Shown: positions 9,463-19,289, counted from the stretch's first letter. The stretch: DNA of 64,000 nucleotides from Syntrophorhabdales bacterium (GCA_035541455.1 DATKNH010000123.1:10701-74700); one strand, 5' to 3'. A program made the numbers and translations. Notes: generated by a model not told the origin, from the sequence alone.

Positions 9463-10707
9463 ATGAGTAGGAAAAAGAGATCACGCGAAGAAAGCACTGC
9501 ATCCGGGATGGCGGATCCGCGCGTTGCTGAGTTTCGGGAACTTGAAGCACGGCACGCCGAAGCCGAGCGCGCGCTCAGAGAAAGCGAAGCGCTCTACCGT
9601 GCTGTGGTTGAGAGCGTAGCTGACGGTATTGCTATTACCGTGGGCACCACGAGGAGCTTTGTCAATAGAGCATTCTTGGATATCCATGGTCTCAAAGATG
9701 CCTCTGAGGTCGTCGGGTTACCCGTCGACCAATTTATTCTCCCCGAGTACAAAGAGCTGGTGCGAAGCCGCATCCTGGCTCGAGAACATGGCGACCCGGT
9801 CAAAACGATTGTGGAGTACGAGATCAAGAGACCTGATGGAGAGATCCGTTCTGTACAGGCGTCCGTCGGGACCATCCGGTTCAATGGTGAAATAGCCGGC
9901 CTGGCAGTGCTTCGGGATATAACCGAGCAGAAGCGGGCAGAGGAGGAAATCCGGAAACTCAATGAGGCGCTCGAGCACAAAATCGGTGAGCTGAACGAGA
10001 GCAACCACGATCTGGAAGCCTTCAACTATTCTGTGTCCCACGATCTTAGGATTCCGCTCGTGGCCATAGACGGGTTCTCGAGGAGGCTCCTCGAACACCA
10101 CGCCGGGCAGCTTGACGCTAAGGGCTTGCAGCTACTCGAGTTCATCAGAAACGACGCAAAAAAAATGGAGCAGCTTATCCGGGACCTCCTCACCTATGCC
10201 CGTCTGGGGCGGCAGGAGATCGGGCTCTCCGTTGTCTCAATGGAGCGACTTGCCCGCGAAATACTGGATGAGTTCGCAGTCGTACATTCGACACGTACCG
10301 TGGAGCTCAAAATAGGGAAACTGCCCCCGGCGTACTGCGACGCGTCCATGGTCCGGCAGGTCTTTGTAAATCTGCTCTCCAATGCCTTCAAATTTACGCA
10401 ATACCGCGATGGCGCACGTATCGAGATTGGCGGCAGCGCATCAGGGACAGGCGAAAACATGTATTGGGTCAAAGATAACGGCGTGGGGTTTGATCCCCGG
10501 TCTGCGGAAAAACTTTTTGGAGTTTTTCAGCGGCTGCATGGCTCTGACCGCTTTGAGGGCACGGGTATTGGTCTGGCCATAGTCAAAAGAATTATTGATT
10601 TCCACAAGGGACGTGTCTGGGCGGAAGCCAAGCCCGAAGAAGGCGCAACGTTTTATTTTACGTTGCCGGCAAGCCCGGACGCCCAAATTCCAAACCCCAA
10701 TATCTAA
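9463..10707 (+). CDS. PAS-domain sensor histidine kinase (no cognate regulator adjacent)
   Basis: Contains a PAS region, a coiled coil, the H-box FNYSVSHDLRIPL, and HATPase N/G boxes (NAFKFT, DNGVGF, GTGIGL). Confidence 0.9.
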   Translation: MSRKKRSREESTASGMADPRVAEFRELEARHAEAERALRESEALYRAVVESVADGIAITVGTTRSFVNRAFLDIHGLKDASEVVGLPVDQFILPEYKELVRSRILAREHGDPVKTIVEYEIKRPDGEIRSVQASVGTIRFNGEIAGLAVLRDITEQKRAEEEIRKLNEALEHKIGELNESNHDLEAFNYSVSHDLRIPLVAIDGFSRRLLEHHAGQLDAKGLQLLEFIRNDAKKMEQLIRDLLTYARLGRQEIGLSVVSMERLAREILDEFAVVHSTRTVELKIGKLPPAYCDASMVRQVFVNLLSNAFKFTQYRDGARIEIGGSASGTGENMYWVKDNGVGFDPRSAEKLFGVFQRLHGSDRFEGTGIGLAIVKRIIDFHKGRVWAEAKPEEGATFYFTLPASPDAQIPNPNI

Positions 10708-10732
10708 ATTCCAAACAAAATCACAAATTCCA

Positions 10733-10770
10733 ATATCTAAACAACGAGTACCGTTCCGTTGTTTAGATAT
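10733..10770. terminator. Bidirectional hairpin between convergent genes
   Basis: A perfect 14-bp stem ATATCTAAACAACG / CGTTGTTTAGATAT with a 10-nt loop. It is embedded in a longer imperfect palindrome at about 10686-10815. Confidence 0.65.
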
Positions 10771-10833
10771 TTGCTGTTTGATATTGTTTGGGATTTGGTG
10801 CTTCGATATTGAAAATTGCTGTTCCGTCAGTGG

Positions 10834-12090
10834 CTATCGTTCTATCGTGCGGCCGTCTTCAAGGACGCCGCCCTGGAAGTCTTCCTCGTGCGCCCCGGAG
10901 CTGATGATACAATTTGTTCCCACCCTGACACCGGCTGGAATGATCGCCTGCTTTCCTATCACTGTGAGACCCGAATACACATGAGTGGAATACGCAGCGT
11001 TTGGTACGGATGGGTCGCCAAGGCCGACACTTGCCCCCTGGCCGATGACTACTTCCTTGTCGACGATGCACCTTTCGACATGCGCTCCTGCTTTGATTAT
11101 CGAATCGTGCATCACCACTGAGTCTTTGACCAGCGCGCCTTTTTCCACGACCACGCCCGGTGACAACACAGAATTCTGAACCCTGCCCATGATAGTGCAA
11201 TTGGGCGAAAGCATGGAATTCACCACTGCTGCACCTTTAACTATTCTCGTCGGAGGACGGTCGTAAAACATCCTGGCAGTAGTGTGGTTAGTCTTAATGT
11301 GAGGGAGATGAGGCGTCAGTGCCGATTGCGGGTTGAGCAGATCCATGTTGGTATCCCAGTATGCCTGTATGGTGCCGGCATCACGCCAGTATCCATGGAA
11401 GGGATACCCGTAAACTTTCGCCTCTTTCAAAGCTCTCGGTACTACGTGCTGTCCGAAATCCTCCTCTTTGATCTCGTTGAGCGTCTGTACGAGATACTTT
11501 CTGTCAAAGACGTAAATACCCATAGATGCCAGATTCGACCTGGCCTTGTGCGGTTTTTCCTGCCAGTCAATTATGCGATCGCGGTTGTCGACTATTCCCA
11601 CCCCGAAGTGGCGTGTCTCTTCCCAGGGCACAGGAAGCATGCCGATTGTTACGTGCGCTTTGCGCTCGCGATGGAACTTCACCAGCGGCAGATAATCCAT
11701 GCAGTAGATATGGTCGCCCGAGAGGATCAGCACATCCCTGTAATCTCTGTCCGTGACGAACCCCAGGTTCTGCCTCACGGCATCGGCCGTTCCTTTGTAC
11801 CAGTCCCAATCCTTTTCGCCGGTCTTGGGTGGAAGGATTTTGACCGCACGTGTACGCCCGTGGAGATCCCACGCAGAACCGTCGCCGATGTGGTCCATGA
11901 GGGAGAGAGGCTTGTACTGCGTCAAAATGGCAACCCTCGAAAGGCCGCAGTTTGAAACGTTGCTCAACGTGAAATCAATGATCCGGTAAATGCCGCCGAA
12001 AGGTACCGCAGGTTTGGCTCGATGGCGTACGAGTATATTGAGGCGGCTTCCAACGCCGCCTGCCATGAGGACAGCGACCACGTCCCTCAT
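10834..12090 (-). CDS. glgC: Glucose-1-phosphate adenylyltransferase (catalytic-type subunit)
   Basis: Canonical N-terminal signature AGGVGSRL...RAKPAVPFGG, plus SGDHIY and a C-terminal left-handed beta-helix region. Confidence 0.85.
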   Translation of the reverse strand: MRDVVAVLMAGGVGSRLNILVRHRAKPAVPFGGIYRIIDFTLSNVSNCGLSRVAILTQYKPLSLMDHIGDGSAWDLHGRTRAVKILPPKTGEKDWDWYKGTADAVRQNLGFVTDRDYRDVLILSGDHIYCMDYLPLVKFHRERKAHVTIGMLPVPWEETRHFGVGIVDNRDRIIDWQEKPHKARSNLASMGIYVFDRKYLVQTLNEIKEEDFGQHVVPRALKEAKVYGYPFHGYWRDAGTIQAYWDTNMDLLNPQSALTPHLPHIKTNHTTARMFYDRPPTRIVKGAAVVNSMLSPNCTIMGRVQNSVLSPGVVVEKGALVKDSVVMHDSIIKAGAHVERCIVDKEVVIGQGASVGLGDPSVPNAAYSTHVYSGLTVIGKQAIIPAGVRVGTNCIISSGAHEEDFQGGVLEDGRTIER

Positions 12091-13322
12091 TTCACCACCT
12101 CGCCGGACGCATATTCTTTTCTGGAGAAACGGCCCGCATTCATGTTCGGATGGACGATGACGCCGCTGTGGATGATCGTTTCCTCGGGAACGGCGCTTCG
12201 CGTTCCGATGACCGAAAGGGCGCCGCGAGGATCATCTCCAACTTGTGCCTTTTCGCCGATTGTTGCCTCGATGTCGGTGATGGCGCGAACTATGGTCGCC
12301 TCCCTCCTGACCTTCGTGTCGAAGAAGAGAATCGAGTCTTCGACTACTGCGCCTTTTTCGACGGTCACTCCCGGGAAGAGTACTGATCTGGTGACGCTGC
12401 CCTGTATATCGCACCCGGAATAGAAGAGAGAATCTTCAACAGACGCAGAGGGGCCTATGACCGTTGGAGGACAGTCGCGGATGTTGCGGTCTGCCATGTT
12501 GGTCATTACCTGCCATGAAGCCAGGTCGATGAGAGGTTGCTTCCCCAGGAGGTCCATGTTGGTCTGCCAATACTCCTCGAGGGTCCTCGTGTATCCCCAG
12601 TAGCCATAGTGCTTGAAGCCGAAGACCTTGGAACTCCCGAGCAGGGCAGGGATGATATCTTTTCCGAATTCATGCGAGTCCTTTGAAGCGTTCGCTTCCA
12701 ATGCTTCATAGAGGAGTTGCGGTTTAAAAACGTATATCGTGAGAGAAGCCCAGTCCAGCATACGTTTACTCGGTTTTTCGGCATACCGGGTTACTATGCC
12801 TCCGCTGCGGCTCCATCCTGCTATAGCGCCCTGTCCGAAACGATTAGCGCCCTCTTTTGGCAAAGGGGTGAAACCGATCGTGAGATCAGCCTTTTTCTCC
12901 AGGTGAAATTTGATGAGCGCCCGATAATCCATCTTGTAAATATGATCCCCGGACAGGATAAGTATCAAATCGGGTCGAGTCATCTTGATGAAATCAAGGT
13001 TCTGGTACACCGCATCCGCAGTGCCTTTGTACCAGTCTGAGGCTTCCCGTCCCTTGAATGGCGGTAGTATGGTTGCAAAACGGTTTCTTCCTGCCATGTC
13101 CCACGGTTGGCCGTTTGCTATATGACCGATCAACCGAAGCGGACGATACTGAGAAAGAATGCCGACCCGCTCTATGTCGGAATTCATCAGGTTGCTCATC
13201 GGAAAATCTATGATGCGATAAAGAGCACCGAAGGGCAGCACTGACTTGGGCCTGAAGTAGGTCAGAACATCCAGTTCGTTGACCCTGCCGCCAGCGAGCA
13301 TCAGTGCAAGTATTCCGGCCAT
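12087..13322 (-). CDS. Glucose-1-phosphate adenylyltransferase paralog with a degenerate glycine-rich signature (GlgD-like?)
   Basis: Same family by fold motifs (YRIIDF, SGDHIYKMDY, EKP), but the N-terminal signature reads AGGRVNEL...RPKSVLPFGA. It overlaps glgC by 4 nt. Confidence 0.75.
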   Translation of the reverse strand: MAGILALMLAGGRVNELDVLTYFRPKSVLPFGALYRIIDFPMSNLMNSDIERVGILSQYRPLRLIGHIANGQPWDMAGRNRFATILPPFKGREASDWYKGTADAVYQNLDFIKMTRPDLILILSGDHIYKMDYRALIKFHLEKKADLTIGFTPLPKEGANRFGQGAIAGWSRSGGIVTRYAEKPSKRMLDWASLTIYVFKPQLLYEALEANASKDSHEFGKDIIPALLGSSKVFGFKHYGYWGYTRTLEEYWQTNMDLLGKQPLIDLASWQVMTNMADRNIRDCPPTVIGPSASVEDSLFYSGCDIQGSVTRSVLFPGVTVEKGAVVEDSILFFDTKVRREATIVRAITDIEATIGEKAQVGDDPRGALSVIGTRSAVPEETIIHSGVIVHPNMNAGRFSRKEYASGEVVK

Positions 13323-13500
13323 GCCTTCCCCTCAAATTCCTGCATCAGTTTCTGGAATGCTTATCCACATAGTATACCCGGAGAGAGACCAGATTTAAAG
13401 ATAAAGTCTCTGGAGCGCTGGGGCAAGATGCCCGTACGCCCTGAATGAAAGGCAGCGTAACTCTTCGGCTGATTGACACAAAACAAGCAGGTGATCGCTG

Positions 13501-14529
13501 TTATTCGTGCGGCTTTATGATGACCTTCAAACAGTCCTCGCCCGCGCTCGCAGCCCTGAATCCTTTTGAAATCTCTTGCAGAGTGAACCTGTGCGTGATC
13601 AGGTCGCTGACGGTGACGTTTCCGGCCCGGATGAGTTCCATGGCCTGCCTGTTATCAAGGGGGGCAGCTCCGTAGCATGTCTTGAGGCTTACGTCATTTC
13701 TCCAGAAGGGGTTGAAATCTATGCCAAGCGCCTCGCCGGGATTGGGCACCGCAAAAAACAAAATGGTGCCGCCGCGATCAACCGACTCCAACGCCTGTTG
13801 GGCAGCCGACAAGACCCCGGCGCAAACGATCACCTTATCGGCCAGGCGACCTCCGTTGGACTCTCTCAGGCAGGCCGGGACATCCTCATGTGCGAGCAGT
13901 GTCCTTTCTGCCCCGAATCTCTTTGCCGCCTGTAACCTGTACTCGTTGATATCTGTTGCAATAATTTTTCCAGCTCCAAGGGCGCGGGCGAGTTTGATCA
14001 TGAGCAGCCCCGCTATGCCGCACCCGAGCACTAATAAGGTGTCGCCGGGATTCAGGCCGACCGCTCTTAAGCCTCTGACGACAGTACCCAGGGGCTCGAT
14101 GAAGGACCCCTCTTCGTAGGAGACCTCTTCGGGGAGCACAAAGGTGCCGGTATCTATGCTGCGTCCGGAAACCCTCAGGTATTCAGAGAATCCCCCTGGG
14201 TAAAAATTGGTTTTTGTCTGGAAAACCTGGCACGCGGTTTGGTGGCCTGTCAGACAAAAGTGGCATTGATCGCAGGGGACGTGATGGGTGGTGAAGACCC
14301 TGTCTCCTTTGTTCAGATGCGTTATCTCCTCGCCAACCTCGACTATTTCTCCGGTGAGTTCATGCCCCAGCACCAGGGGCGCCTTCTTGATGCGATACCA
14401 TTCGAGCACGTCGCTGCCGCATATGCCGCTCGCCATCACCTTGATGAGAATATCTCTCGCACCAACCGAGGGTATTGCCATTTCCTCGACGTCAACTTTA
14501 CTGTTGTTGTAATACATCCCCACGCGCAT
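13501..14529 (-). CDS. Zinc-dependent medium-chain alcohol/polyol dehydrogenase
   Basis: Contains GICGSD..E, GHE.TG, the structural-zinc cysteines C..C..C, and a GCGIAGL Rossmann motif. Confidence 0.85.
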   Translation of the reverse strand: MRVGMYYNNSKVDVEEMAIPSVGARDILIKVMASGICGSDVLEWYRIKKAPLVLGHELTGEIVEVGEEITHLNKGDRVFTTHHVPCDQCHFCLTGHQTACQVFQTKTNFYPGGFSEYLRVSGRSIDTGTFVLPEEVSYEEGSFIEPLGTVVRGLRAVGLNPGDTLLVLGCGIAGLLMIKLARALGAGKIIATDINEYRLQAAKRFGAERTLLAHEDVPACLRESNGGRLADKVIVCAGVLSAAQQALESVDRGGTILFFAVPNPGEALGIDFNPFWRNDVSLKTCYGAAPLDNRQAMELIRAGNVTVSDLITHRFTLQEISKGFRAASAGEDCLKVIIKPHE

Positions 14530-14542
14530 GAATACCTGCCCT

Positions 14543-15445
14543 CTATCGCTTCTTCTTTCCCCGTGCGGTGGTGTTCTTCTCGCTCAGAAAGAAATCAAAC
14601 GCGGCCTTGGGCTTCACCCCCTCGTGCACCACTTTCCTGATTGCCTTAATCATCGCAAGGGGTGCATCGGACTGAAAGATATTGCGTCCCATATCTACAC
14701 CTGCAGCGCCGTCCTGAATCGCGTTGTAGGCCATGGTAAGGGCTTCCAGTTCCGGGAGTTTTTTACCTCCAGCGATAACGATCGGCACCGGACAGGAGGC
14801 AGCCACTGTATCGAACCCCTTGGGTACATAGTACGTCTTGACATACGTGACACCAAGCTCGGCGATGATCCTTGCTGCCAGGCGCATGTACTTGGCATCA
14901 CGTGCCATATCCTTTCCTACGGCCGTAACCCCCAGGGTGGGAATGCCGTAGCGATTGCCCATGTCAACAAGCCGCGTCATGTTGTGAACCGACTGGGTTT
15001 CCATCTTGCCGCCGACAAAGACCTGGACAGCCATGGCAGCCACATTGAGGCGGATGGCCTCATCGATATCAATGGCAATCTGCTCATTCGACAGATCGCT
15101 CAAGATGCTGGGACCTCCGCTTGCCCTCAGCACAATGCCCTTGTCAAATGTGGGCGGTATAATCGTACGGAGAACGCCGCGCGTCAGCATCAGGGTGTCG
15201 GCGTAAGGAAGAAGCGGGAGAATGGTCACGTCAACACGTTCCAGCCCCGTTGTAGGGCCCTGAAAATAACCATGGTCTATGGCCAGCATGACCGTTTTAC
15301 CTGACTTGGAGTCGAATATTCTTGAGAGGCGGTTTTTCATGCCCCAATCGTAGGAGTTGCAGCCTTTAAGGAAGAATGCTTCGCATTTTGCCGGGATGTC
15401 CACATAGAACTCTTTTTCCTTTTCCGATTCATCGATTTCAGGCAT
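14543..15445 (-). CDS. DhnA/LsrF-family class I aldolase-fold enzyme, closest by recollection to LsrF (3-hydroxy-5-phosphonooxypentane-2,4-dione thiolase)
   Basis: The blocks [49 protein letters not shown] and [12 protein letters not shown] match my memory of E. coli LsrF. No other lsr genes are nearby. Confidence 0.7.
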   Translation of the reverse strand: MPEIDESEKEKEFYVDIPAKCEAFFLKGCNSYDWGMKNRLSRIFDSKSGKTVMLAIDHGYFQGPTTGLERVDVTILPLLPYADTLMLTRGVLRTIIPPTFDKGIVLRASGGPSILSDLSNEQIAIDIDEAIRLNVAAMAVQVFVGGKMETQSVHNMTRLVDMGNRYGIPTLGVTAVGKDMARDAKYMRLAARIIAELGVTYVKTYYVPKGFDTVAASCPVPIVIAGGKKLPELEALTMAYNAIQDGAAGVDMGRNIFQSDAPLAMIKAIRKVVHEGVKPKAAFDFFLSEKNTTARGKKKR

Positions 15446-15482
15446 AGTCAGTAGCTCCTTTCATGATCTGACGTGCTTGGTC

Positions 15483-15743
15483 TTACGATCTCTTGAACTT
15501 TTCGTTCAGCACTCTCCTGAACCGCGGTGCATAGATGATGTCGAACGTCTCTTCCTTATCAGGAAAAAGGAGCAGCGCGTGTTTCTTGACGCCTTCAACA
15601 ACGCCGATGGCCTGATCGTGCGTTATTTCCTGTGTGCGGATGTACTGGATGGCAAAATCCACAATGAATCGTAGCCGCCGGACTTTTTTGTTTTCTTCAT
15701 TGAGCGCCTGCTCCAGCTCATCGTCCTTCATGGTGCACCACAA
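15483..15743 (-). CDS. Small hypothetical protein (82-86 aa)
   Basis: The ORF is co-directional between lspA and the aldolase gene. The start is TTG at 15743 or ATG at 15731. I recognise no motif. Confidence 0.4.
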   Translation of the reverse strand: MWCTMKDDELEQALNEENKKVRRLRFIVDFAIQYIRTQEITHDQAIGVVEGVKKHALLLFPDKEETFDIIYAPRFRRVLNEKFKRS

Positions 15744-15820
15744 AAAGAATGTTGCGCGTTACGAGTTCCGTGTTACGCGTTTAAAGATATTTGAGAACCC
15801 GCACATCTCAATAGTATATA

Positions 15821-16297
15821 TTAGTCCTCGTGGTCGACTTTCTTTGTCAGGAAGATTTGCGCGAATATCCAGAGGCCGATACCGAAACTTATCGACATGT
15901 CCGCCACGTTGAAGGCAGGCCAATGGTACTGCTTGTAGTACACGTCGATGAAATCCGTTACGTACCCGAAGCGTAGCCGGTCGTACATATTGCCCAGAGC
16001 ACCTGCAAGGACGCACGTAAGAGCGAACATTACAGTCGCTGTGTGACGATGCCGCAAAAGGTAGTAAACAAGCAAGCATATGATGATGATCGGCAGAACA
16101 AGAAAAATATACCCTGCAGAGCTGTCCTGCGACAGAAAGCCGAACGCGCCCCCGTAATTGCGTGCGTGGACGATGGACAGATAAGGCGAGATATCAACAG
16201 CGCTAAGGTAGGGAAGGTTCTTGACGACCAGAACCTTGGTCAGCCTGTCAGAAGCGACGATGAGAAGAACGGTCAGGAGGTAAGGGACGCTCTGCAT
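15821..16297 (-). CDS. lspA: Lipoprotein signal peptidase II
   Basis: Shows a typical LspA membrane profile and motifs (SDRLTK, NYGGAFG, GNMYDR, FNVAD), in the classic ileS-lspA arrangement. The start at MQSVPYLL is preferred over the upstream GTG. Confidence 0.85.
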   Translation of the reverse strand: MQSVPYLLTVLLIVASDRLTKVLVVKNLPYLSAVDISPYLSIVHARNYGGAFGFLSQDSSAGYIFLVLPIIIICLLVYYLLRHRHTATVMFALTCVLAGALGNMYDRLRFGYVTDFIDVYYKQYHWPAFNVADMSISFGIGLWIFAQIFLTKKVDHED

Positions 16298-19035
16298 CGT
16301 GCACACAGGTTGGGGAATTCCCCCGCGCTCTGAATATCTGTGGAATACTGCCAGCAGCGCTGACACTTCTGGCCGTCCGCGAAAGATACGGTGATCCTGG
16401 TTTCATCCCCTTTTGCCAGCTCGACCTGGGAAACAATGAGGAGGTCCTTCAGTTCGTCTCCCAGCTTGGTCATGAGCCCGTACTCTTCCGGAGGAAGCTC
16501 GAGCTGCACCCTTGCGTCCAGCGGGTGACCGATAAGCTTTTCCACTCTCTTATCTTCGATCTTTTTATTGACGGCTTCCCTTATCGCCCAGATGCGTTCC
16601 CACTCGCTTTCCAGCTGCTCATCCAGATATAATTTGTTTACTTCGGGGAACTCGCTGAGCAGCACCGATTCTTCCTTGACCAACGGTTTCAAGTACGACC
16701 ACATTTCCTCCGAGGTAAAAGAGAGGATGGGGGCCGCAAGTTTCACCAGGGTGGTAAGGGTTTCAAAGACCACGCTCTGCGAGGCCCGCCTTCTCACCGC
16801 ATCCTTTTTTTCAACGTACATTCTGTCCTTGATGATGTCGAGATAGAGTGCGCTCAACTCTATGGCACAGAAGTTGTGGATTGCGTGGTAGATAGTGTGA
16901 AAGGCATAGGTTTGATAGGCTTCCTTCACTTTCCCGACAAGATTCTGCAGGCGCGAAAGCAGCCAGCGGTCGAGATAGGAGAGCTGTTCACTGGATACCC
17001 GGTGCTCGGCAGGGTCGAAATCCCCGTGAAGATTGGCGTGGAGAAATCGAAACGTGTTTCTTATTCTCCGGTAGGTCTCCACGATCCTGTCGATCATCTC
17101 CTTTGAGATCTTGATGTCGTCTCTATAATCCTCGTACGTTACCCAAAGGCGCAGGATCTCCGCGCCATACTTCTCGATGATCTCTTCAGGCGCAATGATG
17201 TTGCCCAGCGACTTCGACATCTTTCTTCCTTTTCCGTCGACCACAAATCCATGCGTGAGTACTGACCTGTAGGGTGGTACACCATTGTTGCCGACAGATA
17301 CGAGCAGCGAACTGTGGAACCAGCCGCGGTGCTGATCGCTTCCCTCCAGGTACATGTCGCAGGGGAACTTCAGACCGTCCCGTACCTTCAGCACTGCCGC
17401 AAAACTGGAACCGGAGTCGAACCAGACATCGAGAATGTCCTGCTCTTTCACGAAGGTTGTGTTGCCGCACGTGCACGTGGCGCCTTCAGGAAGAAATGCG
17501 GAAGCTTCTTCTTCGAACCAGACATCAGCCCCATTTTTCCGCACTGCTTCGGTGATCATACGGAAAGAGTCGTCGCTCCAATAGGGTTCCCGGCACTCCT
17601 CGCAGTAGAAGATAGTAATCGGCACACCCCAGCTTCTCTGTCGGGAGATACACCAGTCAGGCCGCTGAGCGAGCATGTTATAGATGCGATCTCTGCCCCA
17701 GGATGGAATCCAGGTGACCTGCCGATCGATACTTTCCAGCGAGCGCTTCCTGAGATCCTTAGCGTCCATCGATATGAACCACTGCTCCGTGGCTCGAAAT
17801 ATAACAGGCTTTTTGCATCGCCAGCAATGGGGATAGGAGTGCTCGATCGGCTCGGTGAACAGGAGCGCGCCGATCTCTTTCAGCTTTTCGATGATGGGTC
17901 CATTGCTTTCAAAAACGTTCATGCCCTGAAAAGCTTCGACGTCCCTGGTGAACTCTCCTTTCTCGTTAACGGGCGAATAGACGTCAAGACCATACTCGAG
18001 GCCGGTCTCATAGTCTTCCTCACCATGCCCTGGTGCAATGTGGACAGCGCCGGTGCCCACATCTTTTGTCACGTAATCTGCAAATACGACGACCGACGGC
18101 CGATCTATGAAGGGGTGTTGAAAGACAAGTTCCTTGAGCACCTCGACCGGAACCTCCCCGATGACGCGATACGTGGTGATGCCCGCCTTCGTCATGGTAT
18201 CCTTGACCAGGTCCTCAACCATCAGGTAAATCTGCTCTCCCGCTTCAACCGCAACATACCTGAAATCAGGATGGATGGCGATGGCGAGGTTTGCCGGCAG
18301 AGTCCATGGCGTGGTGGTCCAGATGAGCATGAATATGGGGTTCTTCGGATATTCCTTGAAGAACTCATGCGTCGAGCGCAGGGGAAATTTTACGTAGATG
18401 GACGGCGACGTCTTCATCTCGTATTCGATCTCTGCCTCGGCGAGCGCAGTCCTGCAGTTTACGCACCAGTGCACGGGTTTTTTCTTCCGGTAGACTTCCC
18501 CCCGCTGGAAGAACTGGGCAAGCTCGCTGATGATCGTGGCCTGGTACGCGTAGTCCATGGTGATGTACGGCCTCTGCCAATCACCCATGCCTCCCAGCCT
18601 CTTGAATTCCTCTCTCTGGATGTCGATGAAACGTTCGGCGTACTTCCTGCAGTACCGCCTGAATTCCGCCTTTGCCATGGGCTGTTTGTTACGATCTTTC
18701 TTGTCCTGGATCTCCTTTTCCACCTGGTTCTCGATGGGAAGACCATGGCAGTCCCAGCCCGGCACGTAGTCGGCGCGCAGCCCCGCCATGAATTTGGATT
18801 TGACGATGATGTCCTTCAGTATTTTGTTCAGGGCGGTCCCGAGATGTATGTGCCCGTTGGCATAGGGCGGTCCATCATGCAGGATAAAAGTCGGCGCACC
18901 TTGCCGAGCCTCGAGGAGCTTGCCGTAAACGTCGATCTGGTTCCAGAACTGGAGGATCTGCTTTTCCTTTACGGGCAAGTTACCCCTCATGGGAAAGGGG
19001 GTCTTGGGCAAATTAAGTGTTTCCTTATAGTCCAT
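16273..19035 (-). CDS. ileS: Isoleucyl-tRNA synthetase (type 1, C-terminal zinc finger)
   Basis: Begins MDYKETLNLPKTPFPMRG. Carries the HIGH-type motif PYANGHIHLG, KMSKS, and C-terminal CQRCW...CARC. The start is taken at the MDYKE ATG (19035) rather than the ORF-track start. Confidence 0.95.
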   Translation of the reverse strand: MDYKETLNLPKTPFPMRGNLPVKEKQILQFWNQIDVYGKLLEARQGAPTFILHDGPPYANGHIHLGTALNKILKDIIVKSKFMAGLRADYVPGWDCHGLPIENQVEKEIQDKKDRNKQPMAKAEFRRYCRKYAERFIDIQREEFKRLGGMGDWQRPYITMDYAYQATIISELAQFFQRGEVYRKKKPVHWCVNCRTALAEAEIEYEMKTSPSIYVKFPLRSTHEFFKEYPKNPIFMLIWTTTPWTLPANLAIAIHPDFRYVAVEAGEQIYLMVEDLVKDTMTKAGITTYRVIGEVPVEVLKELVFQHPFIDRPSVVVFADYVTKDVGTGAVHIAPGHGEEDYETGLEYGLDVYSPVNEKGEFTRDVEAFQGMNVFESNGPIIEKLKEIGALLFTEPIEHSYPHCWRCKKPVIFRATEQWFISMDAKDLRKRSLESIDRQVTWIPSWGRDRIYNMLAQRPDWCISRQRSWGVPITIFYCEECREPYWSDDSFRMITEAVRKNGADVWFEEEASAFLPEGATCTCGNTTFVKEQDILDVWFDSGSSFAAVLKVRDGLKFPCDMYLEGSDQHRGWFHSSLLVSVGNNGVPPYRSVLTHGFVVDGKGRKMSKSLGNIIAPEEIIEKYGAEILRLWVTYEDYRDDIKISKEMIDRIVETYRRIRNTFRFLHANLHGDFDPAEHRVSSEQLSYLDRWLLSRLQNLVGKVKEAYQTYAFHTIYHAIHNFCAIELSALYLDIIKDRMYVEKKDAVRRRASQSVVFETLTTLVKLAAPILSFTSEEMWSYLKPLVKEESVLLSEFPEVNKLYLDEQLESEWERIWAIREAVNKKIEDKRVEKLIGHPLDARVQLELPPEEYGLMTKLGDELKDLLIVSQVELAKGDETRITVSFADGQKCQRCWQYSTDIQSAGEFPNLCARCRASLTS

Positions 19036-19056
19036 GCTGTCCTCGCTCGCTACTAC

Positions 19057-19084
19057 CCGGAGCAATCAATCCGGAGCAATCAAT
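19057..19084. repeat. Perfect tandem duplication of a 14-mer in the ileS 5' leader region
   Basis: CCGGAGCAATCAAT occurs twice back to back, at 19057-19070 and 19071-19084. Confidence 0.9.
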
Positions 19085-19120
19085 ATCTGCGTGTCAGCGT
19101 TATCTTCAAATGTTTCCGAG

Positions 19121-19158
19121 CCCGGTTCACTGACGGAATATTCCGTTGTTTATCCGGG
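19121..19158. promoter_or_regulatory. Nested palindrome in the ileS/glgX divergent spacer (candidate operator or RNA stem-loop)
   Basis: CCCGG-ttcactg-ACGGAATATTCCGT-tgtttat-CCGGG. The central 14-mer is a perfect palindrome, and the outer 5-mers are complementary. Confidence 0.4.
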
Positions 19159-19289
19159 TGAAATGAGTGCGCGTGCGTATGTAAGTAGACGCTAGCCCTT
19201 AAAAATAGCACAAAAACAGGCCTTTGCGCAAGGCTTAGGGTCAGTGGTCGGTGACCGGTGAGCGGCGACAGGCACCAGGGTAAAGCGGC

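Noticed and set aside
17314-19161. 615-aa ORF on the plus strand, antisense to ileS
   Set aside because: It lies entirely within or opposite a confidently identified ileS. Its translation is Arg/Leu/Gly/Pro-rich with no recognisable motif, and it has no RBS or promoter context. This is a typical shadow ORF of a GC-biased, codon-biased gene.
19036-19240. T-box riboswitch upstream of ileS
   Set aside because: I looked on the minus strand for the conserved T-box core (..GGUGGUACCGCG..) and an AGAGA/specifier-loop arrangement. Neither is present.
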